59,200 nucleotides of DNA, from IMG/VR virus record IMGVR_UViG_3300040856_002284, positions 1 to 59,200 of that record, one strand, 5' to 3'. The position numbers and the translations under genes are program-made. How positions within the stretch are numbered: position 1 is the first letter of the stretch; every line of letters starts with the position of its first letter. The DNA is from a virus (taxonomy: Duplodnaviria; Caudoviricetes). Positions 1-9,556 of this stretch are shown here, one piece after another. The notes beneath the pieces were generated by a model that saw nothing but the letters and a program-made list of their open reading frames with translations, made no database searches and was not told the origin of the DNA.

Positions 1-2
1 TT

Positions 3-389
3 CAAGGCGGCACTAAACAGCAACGCAAATATGCTTACAGCATGGCAGATTACGTTTGTCAAAAGTTTAACATCAATCCAGATGTAGAAATATACTTTCG
101 TAGACTGACAAATGATCGCAGCCTTGGTGGTTGTGTGCAAGTAGACGCAGGCGAGTATGAAATAGATCTCAAGCGTAGTATGCGTATGCGTGACATGCTG
201 ACTACATTAGCACACGAACTTGTTCATGTGAAACAATACGAATTAGGACAACTAGATCATAGTGTAGAAGCCGACTATGATTATTGGGACAAGCCCAGCG
301 AAATTGAAGCGCACGGTAGAGAAACAGGGTTGTTTGTTACATGGGCGGAACAAAACAAACTTGCTCATAGAAAATGGACGCAAGTATAA
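3..389 (+). CDS. Zn metallopeptidase-like protein (HExxH), 5'-truncated
   Basis: LAHELVHVKQ plus downstream EIEA; frame is open back to the window start. Confidence 0.75.
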   Translation, partial: QGGTKQQRKYAYSMADYVCQKFNINPDVEIYFRRLTNDRSLGGCVQVDAGEYEIDLKRSMRMRDMLTTLAHELVHVKQYELGQLDHSVEADYDYWDKPSEIEAHGRETGLFVTWAEQNKLAHRKWTQV

Positions 390-392
390 ATA
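385..392 (+). promoter_or_regulatory. T4-late-like promoter TATAAATA
   Basis: Exact TATAAATA 4 nt before ATG 397. Confidence 0.6.
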
Positions 393-396
393 TCTC

Positions 397-1653
397 ATGA
401 GCTCAAAATTAAATTGCTACTTTCCTTACAAAGACATCCTTATTGACGTACCACGTAATGAAATTAAATGGTGTTGTAAATTACTAGAAGGTTCAAGTTT
501 GGATGATCATGATCCTGATGCACCAGAAAAAGATAAACTTTTAACTGATATCAGGCAAAGTTTAGCAAATGGCATCGAACACACAGCATGTGATAATTGT
601 TGGCGAGCCGAACACAGAAATATCAAAAGTTGGAGACAGACAGAAGGTAAAATACCTGACTTTTTAAAAAATAAAAATTTAGATCAACTTCCTTACAATC
701 AGCAATTTACAAGATTAGAAATATTTTTTGATAATACGTGCGACTTGGCATGTATATATTGTGGTCCTTGGTTGAGTAGTAAATGGGCGCAAGAAAATCA
801 AAAAACTAAAATGTTTTGGAGTAAACCTGTAGATATTCACAAAGAAGACGATGTAAAAATACAAAAAATAATAGATACTATTAGGACGGTAGGAAAACGT
901 GCTGATGCTACCGGCAGGGTAGACTTGGCTATTCTTGGCGGTGAACCTTTTTTAAGTCCTCAGGTAAAAAACGGTAAGTTCAAAAGGTTTGTTGATGCAT
1001 TCTACGAAGGTGCTCCAAAAAGCACCGAATTGTTATTAAACTTCATAACAAATTGTAATACACCTGACAAAATATTTGAGACAAATTTAGACTATCTAAA
1101 ACAATGCAAAGAAGCATATCCAAATTTAATTGTCCACATAAGTATGAGTTTAGAATGTACTGGTAAACTGACTGAAATAACACGTTATGGAAGTAGTTGG
1201 GAACAAGTTGATAAAAATATTCACAAATGGATGCAACAAGATTGGATACGTTTTAATTTTAATACAGCATTTAATGCAATTACCTTGCACGATGTTGACA
1301 ACTACGCAAAGTATTTGGTTAACCTAAGTAAAAAATACAGCAAAAAGATAAGCATAAGTCCTAACATTGTATATGAGCCTAATTCACTCTTACCTAGTAT
1401 TATGCCAAGTTCTTGGAGTACATATATCGACAACGCCATTGATACAATCTCAAAAAATCAAGATTGTTTTTATGACGATGATGCACATGGCTGGCCAAGA
1501 TTTATTGCGACACTCGATGATATTAAACATACATTAGGAAACAATGTAGATAAAAAGCCTGAGTTAAAATTTATGATGCAATACAGCAAAAAGTATAGAC
1601 ATGTAAATTTTAAAAAACTCACTCCTGAAGTTTTTTCTTACGTATTTGGTTGA
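397..1653 (+). CDS. Radical SAM protein with N-terminal Cys-rich (twitch-like) domain
   Basis: CDLACIYC, GGEPF; N-terminal C..P / WCC / CDNC; start moved to ATG 397 to match paralog N-termini. Confidence 0.85.
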   Translation: MSSKLNCYFPYKDILIDVPRNEIKWCCKLLEGSSLDDHDPDAPEKDKLLTDIRQSLANGIEHTACDNCWRAEHRNIKSWRQTEGKIPDFLKNKNLDQLPYNQQFTRLEIFFDNTCDLACIYCGPWLSSKWAQENQKTKMFWSKPVDIHKEDDVKIQKIIDTIRTVGKRADATGRVDLAILGGEPFLSPQVKNGKFKRFVDAFYEGAPKSTELLLNFITNCNTPDKIFETNLDYLKQCKEAYPNLIVHISMSLECTGKLTEITRYGSSWEQVDKNIHKWMQQDWIRFNFNTAFNAITLHDVDNYAKYLVNLSKKYSKKISISPNIVYEPNSLLPSIMPSSWSTYIDNAIDTISKNQDCFYDDDAHGWPRFIATLDDIKHTLGNNVDKKPELKFMMQYSKKYRHVNFKKLTPEVFSYVFG

Positions 1654-1678
1654 CAATGGAAGATTGCCCTGCTATATT
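1650..1678 (+). promoter_or_regulatory. sigma70-like promoter
   Basis: TTGACA-17-TATATT. Confidence 0.6.
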
Positions 1679-1721
1679 AACTTATAAACAATGGTTATTA
1701 GGCAATCCAAAGGCACTGAAA

Positions 1722-2402
1722 ATGACACACAATACCGAAATGCTTATTCATCTAGCGTTTGCAGCTTATCGTGTAAACAACGGTTATGAAAAACAAACTC
1801 GTCGTTATAGCGAAGGTCAACCTACTACATTCAGCAACAAAGAACTAATAGCTTATACCTTAGAAGATGGGTTTAAGCCTGAAGACTTTGTGCCACTTAC
1901 AATCACAGATGAAGATCGTGCAGCAAAAGCAGCAGGTGATAAACATATGCGTAGATATACCATGTTAGCACTTGGAGACTTACCGCAATTTGAAGCTGAT
2001 CTGTTTGCAGCATACAGCAGTGAAGAAATGCCGATAGGTCGTGTAGGTTTAATTGCATACTTGCCAGCATTTATTGATCGTCAAGTAAAAGACAAAGTAT
2101 ACAAGCAACGTGTGAAAACTGAATTTGTAGATAGCACACATCTACAAGGTGATCGTATTGAGCCTAGCGAGGTAGAAATCCTTAAAGTCATTCCTCTTAG
2201 CACTGACTGGATTTCGGAACCAGCGTATATGCACTTTGGTGCTATTGGTAAAGACTTGGTGTGCTTTACACAGAAACAAATGTATGCTGTTGGGGATACG
2301 TATGACATTGTAGCTCGTATAAAAGGACAAGATGTTGAACGTGATACAAAAACTCCTATGACACGATTGAATTATGTAAAGTTACGAAAGCAAGAATTTT
2401 AA
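1722..2402 (+). CDS. Hypothetical protein (possible C-terminal OB-fold)
   Basis: Long ORF; start at ATG 1722 downstream of promoter, AAGG upstream. Confidence 0.6.
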   Translation: MTHNTEMLIHLAFAAYRVNNGYEKQTRRYSEGQPTTFSNKELIAYTLEDGFKPEDFVPLTITDEDRAAKAAGDKHMRRYTMLALGDLPQFEADLFAAYSSEEMPIGRVGLIAYLPAFIDRQVKDKVYKQRVKTEFVDSTHLQGDRIEPSEVEILKVIPLSTDWISEPAYMHFGAIGKDLVCFTQKQMYAVGDTYDIVARIKGQDVERDTKTPMTRLNYVKLRKQEF

Positions 2403-2435
2403 TGAACACATTTAAAAAAGACTTAGAGCTAGTTT

Positions 2436-2612
2436 ATGTTTAAATACTATTATCATGTGGTTCTGATAAATGAAAATGGTTGTGTAGTGAAATACATAGA
2501 TACAATACCTGCATATGATGAAAAAAGTGCAGAAGATCAATGCTACAACAAGTTTGGTTGTGCATGTAACACTGGATGGGAAAGAGAAAACTTTAAGGCG
2601 GTAAAATGTTAG
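2436..2612 (+). CDS. Small Cys-containing hypothetical protein (58 aa, not in ORF track)
   Basis: MFKYYYHVVL...KAVKC fills the gap and overlaps the next start. Confidence 0.5.
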   Translation: MFKYYYHVVLINENGCVVKYIDTIPAYDEKSAEDQCYNKFGCACNTGWERENFKAVKC

Positions 2613-2827
2613 AACAGATTTTATATAATGAAATGACATATTGGTTGTTGGGCACAGCAGTTATGTTTACATATGTAGGAAGGGTTATGTCCTTCCGTAA
2701 TCACTTAGAGGATGTGATTTCAGCTACAATAGAAAGTTTAATTGAGGAAGGTTATATTCGGACCAAAGGTGAAGGTGAGAAACTAGAACTATTGAAGCAT
2801 TGGGAATATGATCAAAATTCAAGGTAA
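2606..2827 (+). CDS. Small membrane-anchored hypothetical protein
   Basis: Hydrophobic segment YWLLGTAVMFTYVG. Confidence 0.55.
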   Translation: MLEQILYNEMTYWLLGTAVMFTYVGRVMSFRNHLEDVISATIESLIEEGYIRTKGEGEKLELLKHWEYDQNSR

Positions 2828-3410
2828 GCTACCAAAGAAATTTTACCTCGCTTGTAGTGGTGGAGTCGACTCAATGGTTGCATTAGACTTCTTTAAACGT
2901 AAACATGAAGTAGTTGTTTTACATTTTAATCATGGAACAGAACACGGAAGACAAGCTGAAAAATTTATGAATGAATATTGTCATAAAAATAGCATTGAGT
3001 GTTTAACAGGCGACATAGGTAGAGAATCAATTCCACCTGGTCTAAGTAGAGAGGCATGGTGGAGAGAAAAACGCTATAGATTTTTAGATCAATATCCAGG
3101 CTATCCTGTTGTTACAGCTCATCATTTAGATGATTGTGTAGAAACATGGATATATAGTAGTCTAAGAGGAAAAGGACACATTATTCCATATAGAAGGAAG
3201 CATGTAATTAGACCTTTCCGTTTAAATCGTAAACGAGATTTTGAATTGTGGGCAGCAATGAAAAATGTACCTTATATTCAGGATGACAGCAACGAAGATA
3301 TACATTATACTAGAAACTATATTAGACATAAAATGATGGAAAATGTTCTTGCAGTACATCCGGGCATTCATAAAACAATTGCAAAGAAAGTGAGAGAAGA
3401 TGAGTCATGA
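2808..3410 (+). CDS. tilS: tRNA(Ile)-lysidine synthetase, catalytic domain only
   Basis: PP-loop SGGVDS, AHHLDD, DDSN...RNYIRH. Confidence 0.85.
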   Translation: MIKIQGKLPKKFYLACSGGVDSMVALDFFKRKHEVVVLHFNHGTEHGRQAEKFMNEYCHKNSIECLTGDIGRESIPPGLSREAWWREKRYRFLDQYPGYPVVTAHHLDDCVETWIYSSLRGKGHIIPYRRKHVIRPFRLNRKRDFELWAAMKNVPYIQDDSNEDIHYTRNYIRHKMMENVLAVHPGIHKTIAKKVREDES

Positions 3411-3603
3411 TTATTTAGGATTTGAAAGTACATTAGACGAAGACGATTATGGGTTTATCTTAGATTCGGAAGGTAATTTAAAAGGTATATGGGTACCACA
3501 AGCGCATGAAGATGAAGATGTTCCAGAACCAATTGTAGAACTACTAAAAGAAAAATGGGGAATTGATCCTAACGATGATGCAAACTATGGATACTTACAC
3601 TAA
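3400..3603 (+). CDS. Acidic hypothetical protein
   Basis: ORF overlapping neighbours in operon style. Confidence 0.55.
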   Translation: MSHDYLGFESTLDEDDYGFILDSEGNLKGIWVPQAHEDEDVPEPIVELLKEKWGIDPNDDANYGYLH

Positions 3604-3836
3604 TGACACCTGTTGAAATAAGTGAATACAAAATGCGTTGGAAGCCAAATGGCTTCAGTGTGCGTTTACATAGTGATTTAGATTGGCGTGGCAAAGACTG
3701 GTGTAGAAAACACCTAGAACGTCATCAATGGAGTTTTGATAAATGGAGTAATGTTTATGAACATACTTTCCATTTTGAACATCAAAAACATGCAGAAGAA
3801 TTTGCCAAGCAATGGCCGGAGTACACAAATCAATGA
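3603..3836 (+). CDS. Hypothetical protein
   Basis: TAATG coupling. Confidence 0.55.
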   Translation: MTPVEISEYKMRWKPNGFSVRLHSDLDWRGKDWCRKHLERHQWSFDKWSNVYEHTFHFEHQKHAEEFAKQWPEYTNQ

Positions 3837-4114
3837 CACTAACAAAAACAGAAGCAGTAGAAAAAATTGTTGAACTAGCAAAAAGCCTCGATATTAAAGA
3901 TAATATTAATTGGGCAACGTTGAATGTAACTGAGAACGAAGTTTATGAAATGATGGCAGATAGCGTTTTAGATCAAATGTATGCTTTGCCACAAGACCAT
4001 AGAGAATCAGTTTCAATGGCAACTATTACAAGATTGCTAGTTGAAAACTTTATTTTAAATTTAAAATTAGAAGAGGAAAAAAAGAAAAATGCCCCTAGTA
4101 CCAATCGTAGTTGA
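3833..4114 (+). CDS. Hypothetical protein
   Basis: ATGA coupling with the upstream gene (start MTLTK). Confidence 0.55.
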   Translation: MTLTKTEAVEKIVELAKSLDIKDNINWATLNVTENEVYEMMADSVLDQMYALPQDHRESVSMATITRLLVENFILNLKLEEEKKKNAPSTNRS

Positions 4115-4706
4115 ACAAGAAAGCAAAGGCGAACGTAGTTATGATATCTACAGCAGGTTGCTAAAAGACCGTATTATCATGCTGAATAGTGTAGTAGAAG
4201 ATAATATGGCTAATCTTGTTGTTGCACAAATGCTTTTCTTAGAAGCAGAAAATCCTGATAAAGACATTAATCTTTACATTAACTCGCCAGGCGGCAGTGT
4301 TACAGCAGGACTAGCTATCTATGATACAATGCAATTTATTAAACCAGACATCAAAACTATTGTAATGGGTCAAGCAGCAAGCATGGGTAGTTTCCTAGCA
4401 CAAGCAGGTGCACCTGGTAAACGTATGGTATTGCCTGAAAGTCGTACAATGATTCACAGAGTAAGTTCAGGAACACGAGGTACAGGCGGTTCTGTGTATG
4501 TACAAGAACTTGAAATGGAAGACAACATTCGCCATTTACAAGAATCAAAACGCTTGAATAAACGGTTGGTCGAACTTTATGCTAAACACAACAGCGCAGG
4601 TAAAACATACGATGAGCTTGCTGAAACAATGAAGTTTGATACTTTTTTATCAGCACAAGAAGCAGTAGAGTATGGTCTTGCTGATAAGGTAATTGAAAAT
4701 AGATGA
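4089..4706 (+). CDS. clpP: ATP-dependent Clp protease proteolytic subunit
   Basis: [27 protein letters not shown] (Ser), MIH, A.EYGL.D. Confidence 0.97.
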   Translation: MPLVPIVVEQESKGERSYDIYSRLLKDRIIMLNSVVEDNMANLVVAQMLFLEAENPDKDINLYINSPGGSVTAGLAIYDTMQFIKPDIKTIVMGQAASMGSFLAQAGAPGKRMVLPESRTMIHRVSSGTRGTGGSVYVQELEMEDNIRHLQESKRLNKRLVELYAKHNSAGKTYDELAETMKFDTFLSAQEAVEYGLADKVIENR

Positions 4707-4837
4707 GTACATTAACAATCATATGTGTAGTAGGTTTATGGGCGTATATTCAAACACGCCCGCATAACATTGCTTGTACACACGATTGTAATCAAGGAAG
4801 GAACTGCACATGTCAGACAAAGTCAAAGAAACCGTAG
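4703..4837 (+). CDS. 44-aa membrane-anchored Cys-rich peptide (not in ORF track)
   Basis: [17 protein letters not shown]...[13 protein letters not shown]; ATGA-coupled to clpP. Confidence 0.55.
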   Translation: MSTLTIICVVGLWAYIQTRPHNIACTHDCNQGRNCTCQTKSKKP

Positions 4838-5154
4838 CAGCACTCAAAGGCATTCCTACAAAAGAGCAACTATTAGAAATGCTTTCAACCGAAGTAGTTG
4901 ATGTTACATTTCAAAAACTCAGCGGTGATGAGCGTACTATGAAGTGTAGTTTAATTCCTAGTATGCTGCCACCTGCACAAAGAGAAGATAAACTTAGTCA
5001 AACAAAAATACGCAATTTAGAAGAAAAAACTATTGTTGTGTGGGCTATCGATATAGAACCTAGTGCATGGCGTAGCTTCAGATATGATCGTGTTAAGAAG
5101 GTTGCAGTTGATAAGTATTATGGTAATGGACATGATGATGGAGCAAACTATTGA
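4810..5154 (+). CDS. WYL_2/DUF2693-like Sm-fold protein
   Basis: F.K..G..R.M.C and WRSFR.D motifs. Confidence 0.7.
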   Translation: MSDKVKETVAALKGIPTKEQLLEMLSTEVVDVTFQKLSGDERTMKCSLIPSMLPPAQREDKLSQTKIRNLEEKTIVVWAIDIEPSAWRSFRYDRVKKVAVDKYYGNGHDDGANY

Positions 5155-5714
5155 TACTCAAAACTAAAACTGAATATGATCTAACACCGTTTTTAGCAGC
5201 TGACTATGAACAACACAAAGGAAGTTGTATAAGTTATCAAGTGCGTGAGCAGGAAGATATTCACAAAACATTTGGTGGCTTTCCGGATAGTTATCACGAA
5301 GACAACACACGTATTCAACAACTATGGTTCGATGACGGCGACCCTGGCGTAGACTATTTTACACTTGGAGCATTGTTAGGTATTGAAATTGTAACTATCA
5401 GTGCAATTTTACAACCACCTGGTAACACTATTACAATGCACAGAGATACATTCTTTAAAATAAACAATATGTATCCTGATGATACACGTAAAAAAGTACG
5501 TGCAAACATTTATTTGGAAGATTGGGCGCCAGGGCATTTTATTAATTATCAAGACGAAAACAAAGAATGGCAAACCAGTACACATTGGAAAGCAGGTGAA
5601 GGGTTTGTTTGGGATAGTGATCATTTACATTTAAGCGCAAATGCTGGACTTACACCAAAATACACCTTACAAGTATCTGGATTTTGGAATAAGTCTGTAG
5701 ACGTTACGGTATGA
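5151..5714 (+). CDS. 2OG-Fe(II) oxygenase/cupin-like protein
   Basis: PPG..I.MHRD, W..G.GF.W...H...NAG...KY.LQV.G. Confidence 0.75.
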   Translation: MILKTKTEYDLTPFLAADYEQHKGSCISYQVREQEDIHKTFGGFPDSYHEDNTRIQQLWFDDGDPGVDYFTLGALLGIEIVTISAILQPPGNTITMHRDTFFKINNMYPDDTRKKVRANIYLEDWAPGHFINYQDENKEWQTSTHWKAGEGFVWDSDHLHLSANAGLTPKYTLQVSGFWNKSVDVTV

Positions 5715-6367
5715 TATACGTTTTCGGATGTAGTGCAAGCGAACGGGTAAAAGTCACCAAATGTTATGGTGACTTTTTATCTGAAAACATACAGGTTGCA
5801 CTAAACCTCCAAGCAGCAGGATGCGGAAGCAACAGACGTATAAGCAGAGTACTCAGTAAAATGGTACACGACGGTGAAATAACTTCCAATGACATTGTTA
5901 TAATTCAATATACAGAAACTACACGTAATGAATTTTTTACTGCTAATAAAGAAACACATCCTCAAATAAACTTTACTGATAATATACAAATTAGAGAAGA
6001 TTATAATACAGGACAAATAATTAGGTACAAAGCAAATGCAGGCAGTTGGCAACCTAATAGGGTTGAATCAAAATTTTTTAAAACATACGAAAAATATTTT
6101 CTAGACACAAACTTCGAAGATGAAAATTTTATTAGTTTAAATTATAATTTACAATGTATGTTAGCATATAATAAAATAAATGCATACTTCTTAATCATTA
6201 ACGGATATATACCTAGCACATTTGATACGATAGATTATTTTAAAGATAGGTGTATAAACGTGCCAGATCCTAAACAAAACAATTTGTTTATAGATGATGG
6301 ACATTTTCATGAAGATGGTCATAGATTAGTTGCAGATATAATCAAAGGCAAAATAAATGAAAAATAA
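5711..6367 (+). CDS. SGNH hydrolase-like protein
   Basis: FGCS, GCGSN, C-terminal DGHF...GH. Confidence 0.65.
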   Translation: MIYVFGCSASERVKVTKCYGDFLSENIQVALNLQAAGCGSNRRISRVLSKMVHDGEITSNDIVIIQYTETTRNEFFTANKETHPQINFTDNIQIREDYNTGQIIRYKANAGSWQPNRVESKFFKTYEKYFLDTNFEDENFISLNYNLQCMLAYNKINAYFLIINGYIPSTFDTIDYFKDRCINVPDPKQNNLFIDDGHFHEDGHRLVADIIKGKINEK

Positions 6368-7091
6368 ACTTTATGTTTTTGGTGATAGTTTTGCAACTCC
6401 TAATTCTCCTCATCTTGAACAAGGATTTGAAACTTATATAACTCAATTAGAAAGACATTATGAAATACAAAATTATGCAGTTAGAGGAATAGGATTAAGT
6501 GAAACAATAGGAAGGTTATTGAGTGTGCTAGATAATGGGATACATCCAGATTCATATTTGCTTATAACATTACCTGATTGTTTCAGATTAAAAACAAATT
6601 TTTTCCAACCTGAAGAACAAGTCTACACAAAGTTATTACAATCAGAAGAAAGTTTAAAAATTTATAGTAAAGAATTATGGCATCAATTTCGTAAATATGT
6701 TCCATTTATTAAAAATATGCATGAATATTACCTATCAAAAGAACTTGATTATGAACATAAAGAAAATATAAAAGGATTAGCTACAATAAAGACTCTAAGT
6801 GAACATTTTAAAAAAACTATTGTTTTTCCAGTTACCTATAGCGAAAAAACACTCAAAAAATTAGATAACAATTTAATTACAAACAATAACAAATTTTGTT
6901 TTGTAAACAAAAATTTAGTAGATTTATCTAAAAATGAGTATAAAAAGTACTTTAATTTACCAATAGGAAAAGATTATAGACAAAACCATTTTTCGTCCTC
7001 TAATCATAATGAAATGTTTATATTTATTTTAAACTATTTTCAAAAAAATGTTGTTAAAGAATTAAAATTAAGACAAAATTTTTTAACTTGA
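6357..7091 (+). CDS. SGNH hydrolase-like protein
   Basis: FGDSF, NYAVRG, NHFS...H. Confidence 0.6.
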   Translation: MKNKLYVFGDSFATPNSPHLEQGFETYITQLERHYEIQNYAVRGIGLSETIGRLLSVLDNGIHPDSYLLITLPDCFRLKTNFFQPEEQVYTKLLQSEESLKIYSKELWHQFRKYVPFIKNMHEYYLSKELDYEHKENIKGLATIKTLSEHFKKTIVFPVTYSEKTLKKLDNNLITNNNKFCFVNKNLVDLSKNEYKKYFNLPIGKDYRQNHFSSSNHNEMFIFILNYFQKNVVKELKLRQNFLT

Positions 7092-7116
7092 CTTTATTGC
7101 TAGTCTATTATATAAT
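7088..7116 (+). promoter_or_regulatory. sigma70-like promoter
   Basis: TTGACT-17-TATAAT. Confidence 0.65.
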
Positions 7117-7134
7117 ATAGGAAAAAGGATTACT

Positions 7135-7977
7135 ATGAAAATAAATCTTATCAATAAATGGGCAATTGAAATCGAAGATTTTGATTTGCGCACAAGTAGC
7201 ACAGAAGATGCTCATGTAATTGGAAGGCTAATACTTTCTAACATGGTTGTAGTTTTACGCAATCAAAAATTAGAACCAGAAGATGAAGTTGCTTTTTGTT
7301 CTAAAATTGGTGAATGTCAATTTATTATAAATCCTGTGTTACCAAAAGAAGGACAGCGTACAGAACACTTGGCTGTTGGAAATCATATTTTAAGAGTTAC
7401 AGGACAAAAAAACGACAAAGGAGAAGAAGGACTTTTTGGGCATACAAGTGCATTAGACTGGCATGCCAATCAAGCAAGTAATTACAACAGAGATCCTTTA
7501 ATTTGGCTATATGGTGTAGAAGGTACAGCAGGTAGTGTAACAAGTTGGATTAATAATATAGAAAGTTATAAATCTCTTAGTGACGAAATGAAAGATGAAA
7601 TAAAAGATGTTGAAATCACACTTGGTTACAAAACAGGATCATATAGTCCAAGTAAGTTTTTTAAAGAACACCACGACGCAGATAAACCTTTTAAACTAGT
7701 ACACACAAATGATGCAGGCGAAACTGGATTGTATTTTCCTTTCTTACAAATTTTTGGTATGAAGGGTAAAACTGAGACAGAATTTAAAGACTTGATGGAC
7801 AGACTTATTGCACATGTAACCAAACCTGAATTTTGTTATGATCATCATTGGCAAAATGGAGATGTTGTTATAAGTGAACAATGGTTGAGTATACACAAAC
7901 GTTGGGCGTTTGAACATATGGACAAAAGAGTTTTACACAGAATTGCATTTAATTACAAAAATTTGCTTGACAACTAA
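7135..7977 (+). CDS. TauD/TfdA-family dioxygenase
   Basis: VVLRNQ.L, WHAN, H.W..GD..I.....IH.R....R.LHR. Confidence 0.85.
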   Translation: MKINLINKWAIEIEDFDLRTSSTEDAHVIGRLILSNMVVVLRNQKLEPEDEVAFCSKIGECQFIINPVLPKEGQRTEHLAVGNHILRVTGQKNDKGEEGLFGHTSALDWHANQASNYNRDPLIWLYGVEGTAGSVTSWINNIESYKSLSDEMKDEIKDVEITLGYKTGSYSPSKFFKEHHDADKPFKLVHTNDAGETGLYFPFLQIFGMKGKTETEFKDLMDRLIAHVTKPEFCYDHHWQNGDVVISEQWLSIHKRWAFEHMDKRVLHRIAFNYKNLLDN

Positions 7978-8026
7978 TTTATATTATGCTATGTATAAAT
8001 ATAGGCATATAAAGGAAGGCACTATT

Positions 8027-8533
8027 ATGAAAAAACTTGCAATGACACTTGCAGCGTGTACTTTTGCTACAACTGCAACAGCAGAAATTGTTACAGGTAG
8101 GGTTACTAGTGTAACTCCACGTTATGAAACCGTTTACCAAAATGTTCCACGCACAGAATGTTATGATGTAGAAGTCCCAATTTATGGCACCGTACAAGGC
8201 GGCGGCGATGCAGCAGGTGGGGCACTTGCAGGCATGATCATTGGCGGTATTCTAGGTAAAGGTGTAAGCGGCAATGATAACGGTGCAGCAGCAGGTGCAG
8301 TAATTGGTGGGATTATTGGTGCAGACAAAGGTGCAAACGGATCACGTAGAGTAGTAACTGGTTACAAAACAGAACGTCAGTGTAGTGAAGCAATGGTACG
8401 TGAAGAAGTGCGTGAACTTAAAAACTACTACATTACATTTGAATGGCAAAATCTTAAAGGTAGTGCATATACATACAATCGTTTCCGAGTTGGCGATCGT
8501 ATTCAACTTGAAGCAAACATCAACGCTAGATAA
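8027..8533 (+). CDS. Exported glycine-zipper 2TM domain protein
   Basis: Signal peptide MKKLAM...ATA; GALAGMIIGGILG / GAAAGAVIGGIIG; TATAAATA at 7994-8001. Confidence 0.8.
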   Translation: MKKLAMTLAACTFATTATAEIVTGRVTSVTPRYETVYQNVPRTECYDVEVPIYGTVQGGGDAAGGALAGMIIGGILGKGVSGNDNGAAAGAVIGGIIGADKGANGSRRVVTGYKTERQCSEAMVREEVRELKNYYITFEWQNLKGSAYTYNRFRVGDRIQLEANINAR

Positions 8534-8539
8534 TTTCTA

Positions 8540-8568
8540 TTGACAAATATATAACTAAGTGTTAATAT
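8540..8568 (+). promoter_or_regulatory. sigma70-like promoter
   Basis: TTGACA-17-TAATAT. Confidence 0.55.
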
Positions 8569-8595
8569 ACAATATAGGCAATAGAAAGGCAAACA

Positions 8596-9192
8596 ATGAA
8601 TAAGATTATTTTGACTGACTGCGACGGTGTGTTGCTCAATTGGGAATATGCATTTTGCACTTGGATGGAGCAACATGGTTATACACAAATTGAAAACGGA
8701 AACCATTACTATGATATAGGTGAACGTTTTGGTATTAGTAAAGATGAGGCAAAGACCAAATGTAAAATCTTTAATGAAAGTGCTGCTATTGGATTTCTGC
8801 CTAGTTTACGTGATGCAATGTATTATGTCAAGCGTCTGCATGAAGAACACGGTTATGAATTCCATTGTATCACAAGCCTTAGTTTAGATCCTAGTGCTTA
8901 TAAACTCCGTAAGATGAATCTTGAAAAACTATTTGGTCCAACAGCATTTACTCGTTTAGTATGTTTAGATACTGGTGCAGATAAAGATGAAGCATTAGAT
9001 GAATATGCGGATACAGGATACTATTGGATTGAAGATAAAATGTCAAATGCCTTTTTAGGATTACAATATGGCTTAAAACCTATACTTATTGAGCACGGTT
9101 TTAATATGAAAGAAAGTATTCCAGTTGGTATGAAAAAAGTAGTGAAGTGGAAAGAAATTTACGAACACATCTTAGGTAATAAAAATGAGTAA
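8596..9192 (+). CDS. HAD-family 5'(3')-deoxyribonucleotidase-like protein
   Basis: DCDGVL, ITS, K, WIEDK motifs. Confidence 0.8.
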   Translation: MNKIILTDCDGVLLNWEYAFCTWMEQHGYTQIENGNHYYDIGERFGISKDEAKTKCKIFNESAAIGFLPSLRDAMYYVKRLHEEHGYEFHCITSLSLDPSAYKLRKMNLEKLFGPTAFTRLVCLDTGADKDEALDEYADTGYYWIEDKMSNAFLGLQYGLKPILIEHGFNMKESIPVGMKKVVKWKEIYEHILGNKNE

Positions 9193-9361
9193 AACAGACT
9201 TGATTATAACTATGCTAGATGAAATAAATGCAAGATTATTTCGTTTAGAACAACACTTTGGAATTACAAAAGACCTACCTGAAATTGAAAAAGACGGCGG
9301 TGTAAAATTTACTCTTGTTGATAATAAAAAATCAAATATATTAGAGTTTCCAATTGATTAA
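9185..9361 (+). CDS. Small hypothetical protein (58 aa, not in ORF track)
   Basis: MSKTDLIIT...EFPID with AGGT upstream. Confidence 0.5.
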   Translation: MSKTDLIITMLDEINARLFRLEQHFGITKDLPEIEKDGGVKFTLVDNKKSNILEFPID

Positions 9362-9377
9362 ATGTAAATAACTTTAG

Positions 9378-9468
9378 GGACGGGTGGCTGAGTGGTCGAA
9401 AGCACTCCCCTGCTAAGGGAGCATACGTTGATAGCGTATCCAGGGTTCAAATCCCTGTCCGTCCGCCA
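9378..9468 (+). tRNA. tRNA-Ser(GCT)
   Basis: Cloverleaf with long variable arm, anticodon GCT, encoded CCA. Confidence 0.95.
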
Positions 9469-9484
9469 TAAAAGGAATAAAGTT

Positions 9485-9556
9485 ATGATATGTCCAGAAT
9501 GTAAAACAGAATTAGGACACAACGATTGGTGTCCAAATTGTAAAGTGCGTAGATGA
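9485..9556 (+). CDS. 23-aa CPxC...CPxC microprotein
   Basis: MICPECKTELGHNDWCPNCKVRR; AAAGGA upstream; ATGA-coupled to the next gene. Confidence 0.55.
   Translation: MICPECKTELGHNDWCPNCKVRR

Noticed and set aside
277-396. N-terminal extension of the first radical SAM ORF
   Set aside because: Overlaps the upstream gene; ATG 397 fits the promoter and paralog N-termini
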